Counted from the first letter of the stretch, positions 26,699-35,905 are shown. The stretch is DNA of 64,000 bases from an uncultured Actinomycetes bacterium (GCA_964535065.1 CAZHRY010000001.1:43159-107158); one strand, 5' to 3'. The notes: generated by a model not told the origin, from the letters alone. Numbers and translations: made by a program.

Positions 26699-27505
26699 AT
26701 GGTAGAGGCGTTCACGACTTCTCTCGCACCCGACGCGCTGGCACACAAGGTCGCGCTCGTGACCGGCGGCGGGACGGGGATCGGACGGGCCACCGCCACG
26801 CAGATCGTGGCAGCGGGTGGCCAGGTGGCCATCTGCGGGCGACGTCGCGAGCCGCTCGAGGAGACCGCCGCAGAGCTCGGCGACACATGCTTCGCGCTTC
26901 CGTGCGACGTGAGAGAGCAGGAACAGGTGACGGCGATGCTGGACGCCGTTCAGGAGCGCTTCGGCAGGGTCGACGTGCTCGTGAACAACGCGGGCGGTCA
27001 GTTCGCCGCTCCCCTCCAACAGGTGTCACTGAAGGGCCTTAGAGCCGTCCACCGACTCAACGTGGACGCGGTTTGGAACGTAACGCAACAGGTGGCTGGC
27101 CGGTGGTTCATCCCGCAGCGCTCCGGGCTCGTCGTCTTCGTGGGGTTCAGCCCGCGCCGCGGGATCCCGCTGATGGTGCACTCGTCCATGGCGAGGTCTG
27201 CTCTGGAGACCCTCGCAGCGGGCATCGCCCTCGAGTGGTCCAGGTACGGCATCCGCGCGGTGTGCGTGGCGTGCGGTTTGATCGACACGGAGGGGCTCCG
27301 CCAGTACGGAGGACCGGAGCTGCTTCAGGAGTACGCCTCACAGGTTCCCATGAAGAGGGCCGGGACACCGCACGAGGTGGGCGCCGTGATCGCCTTCCTC
27401 GCGACCCCTGATGCCGAATACATCACGGGAACCACGGTCGTGATCGACGGCGGTTCCGATGCGTGGGGTCTGGGCTTCATGCCTCCGGACCTCGAGCCGG
27501 ACTGA
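26699..27505 (+). CDS. SDR family oxidoreductase
   Basis: VALVTGGGTGIGRATA (TGxxxGxG), NNAG, and catalytic Ser...YxxxK context. Start at the internal ATG MVEAF; no Shine-Dalgarno sequence, so probably leaderless. Confidence 0.8.
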   Translation: MVEAFTTSLAPDALAHKVALVTGGGTGIGRATATQIVAAGGQVAICGRRREPLEETAAELGDTCFALPCDVREQEQVTAMLDAVQERFGRVDVLVNNAGGQFAAPLQQVSLKGLRAVHRLNVDAVWNVTQQVAGRWFIPQRSGLVVFVGFSPRRGIPLMVHSSMARSALETLAAGIALEWSRYGIRAVCVACGLIDTEGLRQYGGPELLQEYASQVPMKRAGTPHEVGAVIAFLATPDAEYITGTTVVIDGGSDAWGLGFMPPDLEPD

Positions 27506-27583
27506 TACCGGCCCCGGGGGTTCCAGTATCGCGCGTGGCGGCGTAGGCTGTTCCTGGGGAACGATCATATGAGGGGGGATGCT

Positions 27584-27868
27584 ATGTACGGCACGTGCGC
27601 GCGTACGCGGGTGAAGCCCGAGAACCGCGACCAGCTGGTGAAGGTGTTCGAGAGCCAGTCGTACGACACGCAGGTGAAGGGCTTCGTGAAGTCCTACGTC
27701 CTGTTCGAAGACGGCTCCGACGCTGCATGGATGTTCGCCGTGTTCACGGACAAGGAGTCCTACGACGCCAACGCCCATGACCCGAAGCAGCATGAGCGCT
27801 ACATGGAGTACCGGGCCCTGCTCGAAGAAGAGCCTGAGTGGCACGACGGTGAGATAACCGAGGGCTGA
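27584..27868 (+). CDS. small antibiotic-biosynthesis-monooxygenase (ABM)-like / stress-responsive alpha-beta barrel protein
   Basis: MYGTCARTRVKPENRDQLVKVFESQ...VKSYVLFEDGSD... 94 aa with protein-like composition. GAGGGGGGA ribosome-binding site 5 nt upstream. Confidence 0.5.
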   Translation: MYGTCARTRVKPENRDQLVKVFESQSYDTQVKGFVKSYVLFEDGSDAAWMFAVFTDKESYDANAHDPKQHERYMEYRALLEEEPEWHDGEITEG

Positions 27869-27883
27869 GGCTCGCATGGCGGC

Positions 27884-27916
27884 GGGAGGAAGCCCGGGCC
27901 GACCGGGCTTCCTCCC
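27884..27916 (+). terminator. intrinsic-terminator-like hairpin (14-bp perfect stem, 5-nt loop)
   Basis: gggaggaagcccgg-gccga-ccgggcttcctccc, 16 nt after the ABM stop and upstream of the aldehyde dehydrogenase gene. Confidence 0.55.
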
Positions 27917-28006
27917 ATCTGGGGGCCAGATGGGACTCCCGGCCGCAGATAGCCGCGTAGTACGCTGGCCGGGTCCGATGGCGAGGTCCCTAGGAGGGGA
28001 TATCTC

Positions 28007-29458
28007 ATGGTGGAAGTGCTGCAGAACTACATAGACGGGAAGTGGGTCGACGCGCTGGACGGCTCCCGTTTCGACGTCTTCAACCCGGGCACGGGCGAGG
28101 TCATCGCCACGGCCCCGGCGTGCAAGGCGGAGGACGCCGACGTGGCGGTCGCGGCTGCTCGTCGCGCGTTCGACGAGGGCTTCTGGTACCCGGGCACCGA
28201 TGAGCGCGAGCGCGGCCGGATCCTGCTGCGAGCCGCCGAGATCGTGATGCGTGAGCACGAGCGGCTGTCACGGCTGGAGTCGATGGACAACGGCAAGCCG
28301 ATCAACGAGGCGCGCGAGGACATCCGCGAGGTTGCCTTCATGTTCGAGTACTACGGCGGCTGGGCCACCAAGTACGCGGGCGAGGTGCAGACCTCCGGGC
28401 GCGACGCGATGCACATGATCCTGCGCGAGCCGGTCGGCGTGGTGGCCGCCATCCCGCCGTGGAACTACCCGCTCATGATGGCGAGCCAGAAGATCGCGCC
28501 GGCCCTGGCCGCGGGCTGCACGGTGGTGCTGAAGCCCGCCTCCTACACGCCTCTCACGGCCATCGAGTTGGCCAAGATCCTGGAAGAGGCAGGCGTGCCG
28601 CAGGGCGTATTCAACGTGATCACCGGCGGCGGCTCCACTGTCGGCGGTCACATGGTCAAGCATCCCGCCGTGGACAAGATCAGCCTCACCGGGTCCACCG
28701 AGGTGGGCAAGTGGGTCATGCGCGAGGGCGCAGAGACGATGAAGCGCGTGTCGCTCGAGCTGGGCGGCAAGTCGCCGAACATCGTGTTCGCCGACGCGGA
28801 CTTCGACTCGGCTGTCCTCGGATCGTGCAACGGGATCTTCTGGAACCAGGGTGAGATCTGCTCGGCGGGCAGCCGCGTCCTGGTCGAGAAGAGCATCTAC
28901 GACGATGCGCTTCAGGCGATGTCCGATCGCGCGGCCAGCATCAAGGTCGGCGATCAGCTCCAGGAAGACACCGAGATGGGTCCGATCGTCAGCGCCGACC
29001 AGAAGAAGGTCATCGACGACTACGTCACGATCGGCAAGGGCGAGGCCCGCTTGGCGGCCGAGGGACAGGTCCCGTCGGACCCGGCGCTGGCCGGCGGATA
29101 CTGGGTGCCCCCGACGATCTTCGCCGACGTGAACAACGATATGACGATCGCCCGCGAGGAGATCTTCGGGCCGGTCATGGCGGTCATCCCGTTCGACGGG
29201 GTCGAAGAGGCGATCAAGATCGCCAACGACAGTCCATACGGCCTGGCCGCGGCCATCTGGACGAAAGACATCAAGAAGGCGATCAACACGACGAGAGCGC
29301 TGCGGGCGGGGATCGTCTGGATCAACGACACGCAGCCCGCTCCCACGGAGATGCCCTGGGGCGGCTACAAGCAGTCCGGCATCGGCCGCGAGCTCGGGAA
29401 GCACGGCATGGACGACTTCCTCGAGGACAAGGCGGTCTACATCAACCTGTCGGAGTAG
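28007..29458 (+). CDS. NAD(P)-dependent aldehyde dehydrogenase (e.g. aminobutyraldehyde/betaine-aldehyde dehydrogenase-like)
   Basis: ALDH family motifs ELGGKSP, catalytic NQGEICSAGSR (Cys), and PWNYP. TAGGAGGGGA ribosome-binding site 7 nt upstream of the ATG. Confidence 0.9.
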   Translation: MVEVLQNYIDGKWVDALDGSRFDVFNPGTGEVIATAPACKAEDADVAVAAARRAFDEGFWYPGTDERERGRILLRAAEIVMREHERLSRLESMDNGKPINEAREDIREVAFMFEYYGGWATKYAGEVQTSGRDAMHMILREPVGVVAAIPPWNYPLMMASQKIAPALAAGCTVVLKPASYTPLTAIELAKILEEAGVPQGVFNVITGGGSTVGGHMVKHPAVDKISLTGSTEVGKWVMREGAETMKRVSLELGGKSPNIVFADADFDSAVLGSCNGIFWNQGEICSAGSRVLVEKSIYDDALQAMSDRAASIKVGDQLQEDTEMGPIVSADQKKVIDDYVTIGKGEARLAAEGQVPSDPALAGGYWVPPTIFADVNNDMTIAREEIFGPVMAVIPFDGVEEAIKIANDSPYGLAAAIWTKDIKKAINTTRALRAGIVWINDTQPAPTEMPWGGYKQSGIGRELGKHGMDDFLEDKAVYINLSE

Positions 29459-30680
29459 GCGAGAGGGGGGGCCGGGCCGGCGATCGCCGGCCCGGCCCCC
29501 CGCAGCCGTCGCCGGCCGGCACCGGCCTCTTCGGCGCGAGAAGGCCCGTGGCTATCAGGCCCAGGGTCGAGCAGACGATCGCCGTCATCGCGGCGCGCAG
29601 GCTGAACGCCTCCGCGAGCCAGCCGAAGATGGGCGGGCTCCAGACGAATCCCGAGTAGCCCACCGCGGTCACCGCCGCGATCGCTGCGGCCGGGTGCTCG
29701 TCGCTCGCCTCGATCAGCCCGAACGCCGCGGGGGCGGCCGCGGCGATCGCGAACCCCATGATCAGGAATCCGGCGGCCGCAGGCACCGGGCTATGGGCCA
29801 TCGCGGCGATCGTCCCCCCGGCCGCCGCTCCGACACCTGAGATCAGGATGGTCCGGCGAGGGCCGAGGCCGAAGAGTACGCGGCCGGCGAACAGTCTCCC
29901 CAGGAACAGCGAAGCCGAGAAGGTAACGAACGCAAGAGAGGCACCGAGGCTCGACGCACCGATCTCACGTCTGACGTAAAGGCCCGACCACGTGTCCATG
30001 GAACCTTCAACCAGGAAGGCGGCCAGGATGCCGAAGGCGGGGATCATCAGCACGGGCGACCGGGCGAAGGCGCTCAGCGAGAAGGACGTCTGGGTCCCGC
30101 GGGTGCTCTCCTCGTGGGAGACGTTCCGGGATACGAGCCAAGCCGTCATGAACAGCGCGACCCCCGCGACCGTCTGCCCGATACGGAAGTCGAGCTCCAG
30201 CACCCCGATCAGTCCGGCCAGGGCGGCGCCGGTCAGTCCCCCGAGTGCGTAGCAGGCGTGGAGCCACTGAAGCACGGGACGACGGTTGCGCACCTCGCTC
30301 CTCTGAGCGGCGACGTTGAGGTAGACGTCCACGAGCCCGTTCCCCACCCCCGACATCAGGAAGCCGGCCAGCAGCAGCGGGCCGGGAAGGAGTGCCAACC
30401 CGACCGAGCCGATCCCGAGGGACAGCAGCGCCACCGTGCAGGTGACCGACAGGGCGATGTGATGCAGGCGAGGCGCGACGAAGACCATGAACACGATGGC
30501 CGTGGCGGACAGGAGGGTGTATCGGAGGGCGAGTCTGCTGTCCGACAACCGGTGCCGGGTCTGGAAGTCCAAGACCAGGATCACCCACACGCCCCAGAAC
30601 TGGCCGAACGACCAGTAGGCCGCCAGGAGGGACGAAACCTCCCTTCGCGCCTGCCGATCCATCGGGGGGGAGCTGGCCAT
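29442..30680 (-). CDS. MFS transporter
   Basis: 412 aa with 12 predicted transmembrane segments. Its 3' end overlaps the aldehyde dehydrogenase 3' end by 17 nt (convergent) and includes the GC palindrome. Confidence 0.75.
   Translation of the reverse strand: MASSPPMDRQARREVSSLLAAYWSFGQFWGVWVILVLDFQTRHRLSDSRLALRYTLLSATAIVFMVFVAPRLHHIALSVTCTVALLSLGIGSVGLALLPGPLLLAGFLMSGVGNGLVDVYLNVAAQRSEVRNRRPVLQWLHACYALGGLTGAALAGLIGVLELDFRIGQTVAGVALFMTAWLVSRNVSHEESTRGTQTSFSLSAFARSPVLMIPAFGILAAFLVEGSMDTWSGLYVRREIGASSLGASLAFVTFSASLFLGRLFAGRVLFGLGPRRTILISGVGAAAGGTIAAMAHSPVPAAAGFLIMGFAIAAAAPAAFGLIEASDEHPAAAIAAVTAVGYSGFVWSPPIFGWLAEAFSLRAAMTAIVCSTLGLIATGLLAPKRPVPAGDGCGGPGRRSPARPPLSPTPTG
29466..29501. terminator. 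36-bp perfect GC-rich palindrome (ggggggccgggccggcgatcgccggcccggcccccc); candidate bidirectional terminator
   Basis: Perfect 18-bp arms centred on GCGATCGC, 8 nt after the aldehyde dehydrogenase stop. It lies within the last codons of the convergent MFS ORF. Confidence 0.5.
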
Positions 30681-30763
30681 CCGGCGTAGTCTGGCTGTCC
30701 GGAGCCCGGAAGTCCAAGACGGGGTTGACCCACACGCCCGCCAGCGATGTATGCTCCCCCACC

Positions 30764-31885
30764 ATGGCGGGCGGAGAGGTTCAACTGGTAGATCTCACGA
30801 AGCGCTTCGGCGATTTCACCGCGGTCGATGGACTGAGCCTGCAGATGCCCCCCGGCGAGTTCTTCTCCCTCTTGGGACCCTCTGGATGCGGGAAGACGAC
30901 CACCCTGCGCATGATCGCGGGGTTCGAGAGGCCGACCGAAGGCCAGATCCTGCTGGACGGGGCCGACATGGCCCAGACCCCTCCCCACAAGCGAAACGTC
31001 AACACCGTCTTCCAGAACTACGCCCTCTTCCCGCACCTGAACGTCGAGAAGAACGTGGCGTTCGGCCTGAAGTACAAGGGTGTTTCTAAGACGGAGGAAC
31101 GGGAGAGGGTCGGCCGGGCGCTTGAGCTGGTGCGGTTGACGGGGTTCGAGTCGCGCCGGCCCAACCAGCTTTCCGGAGGCCAGCAGCAGCGCGTCGCGCT
31201 TGCTCGCGCCCTGATCCTGAACCCGGCGGTCCTGCTCCTGGACGAGCCACTAGGTGCCCTGGACGCGAAGCTCCGTAAGGCCCTGCAGATCGAGCTGAAG
31301 GCGATCCAGGAGGAGGTCGGGATCACGTTCATCTACGTGACCCACGACCAGGAAGAGGCGCTGACGATGTCCGACCGTATCGCGGTCATGTCCAACGGTC
31401 GGGTGGAGCAGGTCGGGCCTCCCAAGGAGGTCTACGAGGAGCCCGCGACGGCCTACGTGGCCGACTTCCTCGGTGTGTCCAACCTCATGGACGCCGAGGC
31501 CGACGGCCCAGGCCCGCAGGGCTGCAAGGTCCGCCTCGGTGAGTTCGAACTCGTCGGGGGCCGCGGCGAGCCCGACGCGCGCGGGTCCGTGAAGCTCTCC
31601 ATCCGTCCCGAGAGGGTCGTCCTCGGTCAACCCGGCGAAACGGGCCAGAACCGTGTGCCCGGCATGGTGGAGAGGCTGGTCTACGTCGGGTCGGTCATGC
31701 ACGTCCTGGTCAACCTGGCTTCGGGCGACAAGATCCAGGTGTTCGTTCAGAACGAGGGCGAGGCTCTCAGCTACGCCTCCGGGACCGCCGTCAGCGTTCA
31801 CTTCCCGGTGGACGCCCTCCGTGTGCTGCCTCAGGGCGAGGTCTCGGCCGAGGGGTTCGCCGCAGCGGCCGCCGCGGTCGAGTAG
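30764..31885 (+). CDS. ABC transporter ATP-binding protein, PotA-like (spermidine/putrescine import)
   Basis: Walker [11 protein letters not shown]-loop, [15 protein letters not shown] signature, Walker B LLLDEP, and a C-terminal TOBE-like domain. Start at MAGGEV. Confidence 0.85.
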   Translation: MAGGEVQLVDLTKRFGDFTAVDGLSLQMPPGEFFSLLGPSGCGKTTTLRMIAGFERPTEGQILLDGADMAQTPPHKRNVNTVFQNYALFPHLNVEKNVAFGLKYKGVSKTEERERVGRALELVRLTGFESRRPNQLSGGQQQRVALARALILNPAVLLLDEPLGALDAKLRKALQIELKAIQEEVGITFIYVTHDQEEALTMSDRIAVMSNGRVEQVGPPKEVYEEPATAYVADFLGVSNLMDAEADGPGPQGCKVRLGEFELVGGRGEPDARGSVKLSIRPERVVLGQPGETGQNRVPGMVERLVYVGSVMHVLVNLASGDKIQVFVQNEGEALSYASGTAVSVHFPVDALRVLPQGEVSAEGFAAAAAAVE

Positions 31886-31916
31886 CTCTGCCGGCGGCGC
31901 TTCCCGGCACCGCCTG

Positions 31917-32822
31917 TCAGATCTCCAGGCGTGCGAAGTCCTCTACCGCCGACCGATCCCCCTCCTGCTTCTTGATGAAGACCTTCTGGATGGTGATAGA
32001 GGCCGCGATGGCCAGGAGGGACAGTGCCATCATGATCGTGGCCAGAGCGTTCAGGCTGGGGGACCCCGCGTTGCGCGCCGCTGAGTAGATCTTGATCGGG
32101 ATGGTCGTGCATCCCTCGACGCACAGGTAGCGACTTATGACGAAGTCGTCGATCGAGATGGCGAAGACGATGAACATGCTTGCGAACACCGCCGGCGCCA
32201 GCAGTGGCAGCAGTACCCGGCGGATGGCAGACGCCGACGAGGCCCCGAGGTCCATCGCGGCCTCTTCGTACTCACGCCCTATGGCGAACAGACGTCCCCT
32301 CGTGACGATCACGACGTACGAGATCGAGAACGTGACGTGGCCGACGACCTGCGCTTCTGTGCCCAGCGGGATCCACGAGTACAGGTTCACGAAGATGAAG
32401 AACAGCGAGACACCCATCACGATCTCGGGCGTGACCAGTGGGAAGAGCATCAGGAAGTTGGCGGCGCCCGAACCCCTTCCGCGCCACCTCGCCAGCCCCA
32501 ACGCGAGACCGACCCCCAGGATCGTCGCGATCGGCATCGTGAAGAAGGCCAACTTCAGGCTCTGCATCAGGGCCGGCAGCAGCGTCTCGTCGTAGTTCTC
32601 CGAGCCCCTGACGAAGATGCCCTCCCACCACTGGAGCGAGAACCCCTGGAACGAACTTCGCGAGCGCCCAGCGTTGAACGAGAACTGGACCGCGATCAGC
32701 ACCGGCACGATGGACCAGGCCACGTAGGCCCACGTGAAGACCTTCAGGAAGCGCGGCTTGGACCACGGGTTGGCGAACCAGGCACGGAGCCGTCCGCGGG
32801 GGGCCGGGAGGGTCGTACTCAC
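31917..32822 (-). CDS. ABC transporter permease (PotC-like)
   Basis: GTG start overlaps the upstream permease stop (GTGA). 301 aa with 6 transmembrane segments and an EAA-like loop YEEAAMDLGAS. The 586-aa ORF-track version is a frame run-on. Confidence 0.8.
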   Translation of the reverse strand: MSTTLPAPRGRLRAWFANPWSKPRFLKVFTWAYVAWSIVPVLIAVQFSFNAGRSRSSFQGFSLQWWEGIFVRGSENYDETLLPALMQSLKLAFFTMPIATILGVGLALGLARWRGRGSGAANFLMLFPLVTPEIVMGVSLFFIFVNLYSWIPLGTEAQVVGHVTFSISYVVIVTRGRLFAIGREYEEAAMDLGASSASAIRRVLLPLLAPAVFASMFIVFAISIDDFVISRYLCVEGCTTIPIKIYSAARNAGSPSLNALATIMMALSLLAIAASITIQKVFIKKQEGDRSAVEDFARLEI

Positions 32823-33751
32823 TGCCGCGCCTCCCTGGATGCCCTCGCGACGCTGACCAGGTAGTAGATCATCAGGGTTGCGATGAAGAGCGAGAGCAGG
32901 ATCGTGATCGAAGCTCCCTGCGGTCCTCGAGCCTGGCTGTTCATCCCGGCGTCGATCGCGTTCCCGATCATCGAGACGTTGGGAGCGCCCGACATCAGGT
33001 TCGGGGTGTAGTAGTCGCCGAACATCGGCAGCATGATGATCACGGAGCCGGCGAGGATCCCCTGCTTGGACAGCGGAAGGGTCACACGCCAGAACGTGCG
33101 AGCGGGACTGGCTCCGAGGTCGCGCGACGCCTCGAGCTGCGACTTGTCGATACGGTCCAGGGCGGCATACAGAGGCAGGATGAAGAAGGGGATATAGCCG
33201 TAGACGAGGCCTAGGATCACGGTGATGGGGGCGGCCCGCCCGGCGAACCAGTTGACGGGCTCGCCGAGCAGGGGAGTCAGCTGAAGGATCTTGTTGACCA
33301 AGCCCGGATCGCCCTGCTCGTTGTTGAGCAGGTTGACCCAAGCAAGCATCCGCATCAGGTAGCTCATCCAGAACGGAAGGATCATCAGGGTCAGGAAGAG
33401 CACCTTCCTGCGGCCGCTGTGGCGCGAGATGTAATAGGCGACCGGGTACCCGATGAGGATGCAGAGGGCCACGGCGACGAACACGAAGTAGAGGGTTCGC
33501 GTGAACTGTATGCGCAGCGTGCCGGAGACCAGCTCCTGAAGGACCCCGTTGAAGCGGGTGAAGTCCCAGTCCAGAGGGTTCCATGCCGGCACCGGCGCAG
33601 CGAATATCGGGTCGATCCCTCCGAAGGCGACCGCGACGATGGCGTAGAAGGGGGTCAGGAAGAGGAGGACCAGCCAAGTCAGGCCCGGTGCTGCGAAGAC
33701 GGGCCAGTACCAGCGTTTCTGGCCGACTATGTCGCCGGTCGGCGTGGGCAT
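32819..33751 (-). CDS. ABC transporter permease (PotB-like)
   Basis: 310 aa with 6 transmembrane segments and an EAA loop LEASRDLGASPARTFWRVTLP. Confidence 0.8.
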   Translation of the reverse strand: MPTPTGDIVGQKRWYWPVFAAPGLTWLVLLFLTPFYAIVAVAFGGIDPIFAAPVPAWNPLDWDFTRFNGVLQELVSGTLRIQFTRTLYFVFVAVALCILIGYPVAYYISRHSGRRKVLFLTLMILPFWMSYLMRMLAWVNLLNNEQGDPGLVNKILQLTPLLGEPVNWFAGRAAPITVILGLVYGYIPFFILPLYAALDRIDKSQLEASRDLGASPARTFWRVTLPLSKQGILAGSVIIMLPMFGDYYTPNLMSGAPNVSMIGNAIDAGMNSQARGPQGASITILLSLFIATLMIYYLVSVARASREARQ

Positions 33752-33782
33752 GGCGCTCCTGGCTCCTCCTTCCGTCTCACAA

Positions 33783-33817
33783 GGTAAGGTCCCGCCCCTG
33801 CGGGGCGGGACCTTACC
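33783..33817 (-). promoter_or_regulatory. intercistronic perfect hairpin (16-bp stem, 3-nt loop) between the substrate-binding protein gene and the permease genes
   Basis: ggtaaggtcccgcccc-tgc-ggggcgggaccttacc in the 96-bp gap between the substrate-binding protein stop (33848) and the PotB-like start (33751). Palindromic, so present in the minus-strand mRNA. Confidence 0.6.
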
Positions 33818-33847
33818 ACCCTGTCACTCGCGTTCGTTAGGTCCGAG

Positions 33848-35179
33848 CTACTCCTCCACGGTCGCGCCGGACCGGAACTCGTTGAAGGCTTCCTGGTAGG
33901 CCAGGTCCACCTCGACCGGAAGCCCGATGGCCCGCGAGCCCATGTCGAAGTCTTCCTCGGTGACTATCGTGCCCCTGAGGTTGTCCCAGTGCCCCTTGTA
34001 GTCCCATGAGAACCAGCCCTCGAGACCCGGGTAGCTCTCATCGAAGATCGACGCCGGGTCCACGTCCGTGAACGGCACCTGGTAGCCCACCCACGTCCAG
34101 TTCTTGACGCCGTTGAAGTTGTCGAGCATGAAGTTCAGGAACATGTGGGCGAGCACGGGGTTCTTCGCCGCCTTCGGTATGGCCATCGTGTCGTTGCCCA
34201 GGGTTCCGCCGAACCCCTCCCTCGCGGGCCACAGGTACCGGAGCGTGGCGGCGTCGTCCTTGCTCCCGTACCAGGGGCCGGCCTGGATGTCGCCTGACCA
34301 GGACTGGTGCAGGCCGAACTTACCTTCGGGGATCCCAGCGTAGGCGCCGTCGATCGTTAGGCGGATGTCCATCGTGGAGTTCAGTTCCATCAGGCTCGCC
34401 TTGGCGCGGTCGATGATCGCCTGATCGGAGGTGTTGACGTCCACGTCGGGACCCTCGTTGCGGAGCATCGCCAGGGCCATAGCCTCGCGGTAGTCGTCGT
34501 AGATGCCGGTCTTGCCCTTGTAGGCCGTGTCCCAGAAGATCCCGTAGGGGTCTCCGGTCGCGACCAGGTCCTCCGGCTCCATCGGCACGACGTCGTTCCG
34601 CCACGCGATGCCCGTGTGGTAGATCGTGTACGGAACCGTGTACTGCGAGCCCTTGTCGTAGAAGGGGTCCTGGAGCGCGGGCCACAGGTTCGAGATGTTC
34701 GGGATGTAGTCGTGGTTGAGCGGCTGGATCAGCTTGCTGGCCACCAACTTGGGCACCACATCGATCGTGGGGAAGAAGACGTCGAAGGTCGCCTGGCCGG
34801 TCGTGAACTTCTGGACGGCCTCCTCCATGTTGTAGAAGGTCTCGTAACGCCACTCGACCCCTGTCTCCTTGGTGAAGTCGTCGAGGACCTTCTTCCAGAG
34901 GTACTGCTCCCAGTTGTAGATGACGAGCGGTCCCTCTTCGGGCTCGAGATCGGACGCGAGCATCGGGTTGTCGTCGTACGTCTGGAGGGTGGCCGGGTTG
35001 TCGGGAGTGCCGAAGATCGGGACCGTGCTGTCGCCACCACCGGTGGCCGGGGTCTTCTCGCCGCAGGCGGCTAGGATCGCAGACATGCTCGGTACGGCCG
35101 CGGCCGTCATCAGCGATCTCTTGAGGAAATCCCGCCTGTCGAGGCGGCGGTACCGTGGATCGCGCGGGTGAAAGACCAT
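33848..35179 (-). CDS. spermidine/putrescine-type ABC substrate-binding lipoprotein (PotD/PotF-like)
   Basis: Twin-arginine-like signal RRLDRRDFLKRSLMTAAAVPSMSAILAAC with a lipobox. Start at MVFHP with an AAGGAGGGG ribosome-binding site. 443 aa PBP2 fold. Confidence 0.8.
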   Translation of the reverse strand: MVFHPRDPRYRRLDRRDFLKRSLMTAAAVPSMSAILAACGEKTPATGGGDSTVPIFGTPDNPATLQTYDDNPMLASDLEPEEGPLVIYNWEQYLWKKVLDDFTKETGVEWRYETFYNMEEAVQKFTTGQATFDVFFPTIDVVPKLVASKLIQPLNHDYIPNISNLWPALQDPFYDKGSQYTVPYTIYHTGIAWRNDVVPMEPEDLVATGDPYGIFWDTAYKGKTGIYDDYREAMALAMLRNEGPDVDVNTSDQAIIDRAKASLMELNSTMDIRLTIDGAYAGIPEGKFGLHQSWSGDIQAGPWYGSKDDAATLRYLWPAREGFGGTLGNDTMAIPKAAKNPVLAHMFLNFMLDNFNGVKNWTWVGYQVPFTDVDPASIFDESYPGLEGWFSWDYKGHWDNLRGTIVTEEDFDMGSRAIGLPVEVDLAYQEAFNEFRSGATVEE

Positions 35180-35214
35180 CCCGTTCCCCTCCTTGCGTCG
35201 AAGGACTGACCGGC

Positions 35215-35224
35215 GGTTCAAACC
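35215..35224. promoter_or_regulatory. GGTTCAAACC near-palindromic motif upstream of the pot-1 substrate-binding protein gene (variant CGGTTCGAACA at 35266-35276)
   Basis: The same 13-nt core ggcggttcaaacc also occurs at 55254-55266, and cgttcaaacc at 55187-55196, in the TetR/CrtI-like divergent promoter. Confidence 0.4.
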
Positions 35225-35465
35225 GGCCGATGGGGGTGAGTACCATAGGCCGGGCGTGCTATGCAAGGTCCGGTTCGAACAACCCCCTCTGACCTAGCCC
35301 CCTTGGAAGCCTTCGCTGAGACCGTTCCGAGTCCCGACCGGAGTTACGGATGGGAACGGCTCGGCGGATGGGTCTGCGGCCGAACCGCTCCTGCGCCGTC
35401 AGGCCATGTGGCAGTTGACGTTGCGGTGGAAGCGTTGTGATGTGCCGGTATCAGGGTCCGCCCGG

Positions 35466-35873
35466 CTAGCAGGCCGGGGCGTCGGGGTTGTCAAGGCAGA
35501 GCTCGATGTGGCTCTGGATCTCGTCGAACAGGTCTCCTACCTCGCCTGCGACAGAGATGATGAAGACCAGGAAGGAGATGCTGGCGAGGACGCTCACGAT
35601 CCCCAGCACCAGCCCTGCCGTCGCGCTTCCCTGGTTGGGGGCGCCGTGCTTCGCGTTGGACCGGCCGATCGCTCCAAAGATGATGGCCAGTGTTCCGAGC
35701 AGGAGGCCGGCCCAAACGGTCCAGAATAGGAAGACGCCGATGATCCCCAGGACCAGGGCGGCGGTGGCGAGGCCGTTCGACCTCTCGGGAGCCTGCACGT
35801 AGGGCTGCTGCCCGGGGGGCGGCGGAAGCGGCGACGCGCCCGGCGCCCGTGGCCGGCTCTCGCTGTCGGTCAT
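35466..35873 (-). CDS. DUF4190-family membrane protein
   Basis: Pro-rich N-terminus, then two transmembrane helices of the LATAALVLGIIGVF...IIFGAIGRSNAKHG type. GAGGAG ribosome-binding site 8 nt upstream. Confidence 0.6.
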   Translation of the reverse strand: MTDSESRPRAPGASPLPPPPGQQPYVQAPERSNGLATAALVLGIIGVFLFWTVWAGLLLGTLAIIFGAIGRSNAKHGAPNQGSATAGLVLGIVSVLASISFLVFIISVAGEVGDLFDEIQSHIELCLDNPDAPAC

Positions 35874-35905
35874 CTATCCGCTCCTCGTTCGGCGACGGAC
35901 TCGAG

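Noticed and set aside
31917-33677. 586-aa ORF (and analogous 651-aa 44831..46786, 550-aa 52548..54200, 1127-aa 55730..59113, 563-aa 47742..49433, 348-aa 25840..26886, 341-aa 26480..27505)
   Set aside because: Their N-terminal parts are alternate-frame run-ons through the neighbouring gene, with nonsense-like composition. The genuine genes start at internal ATG/GTG codons with ribosome-binding sites or stop-overlap coupling, and their lengths match family norms.
35180-35465. Possible riboswitch in the 286-bp leader upstream of the pot-1 substrate-binding protein gene
   Set aside because: I could not recognise any known riboswitch consensus. The region does carry the GGTTCAAACC motif (reported separately) but no convincing conserved structured-RNA signature.
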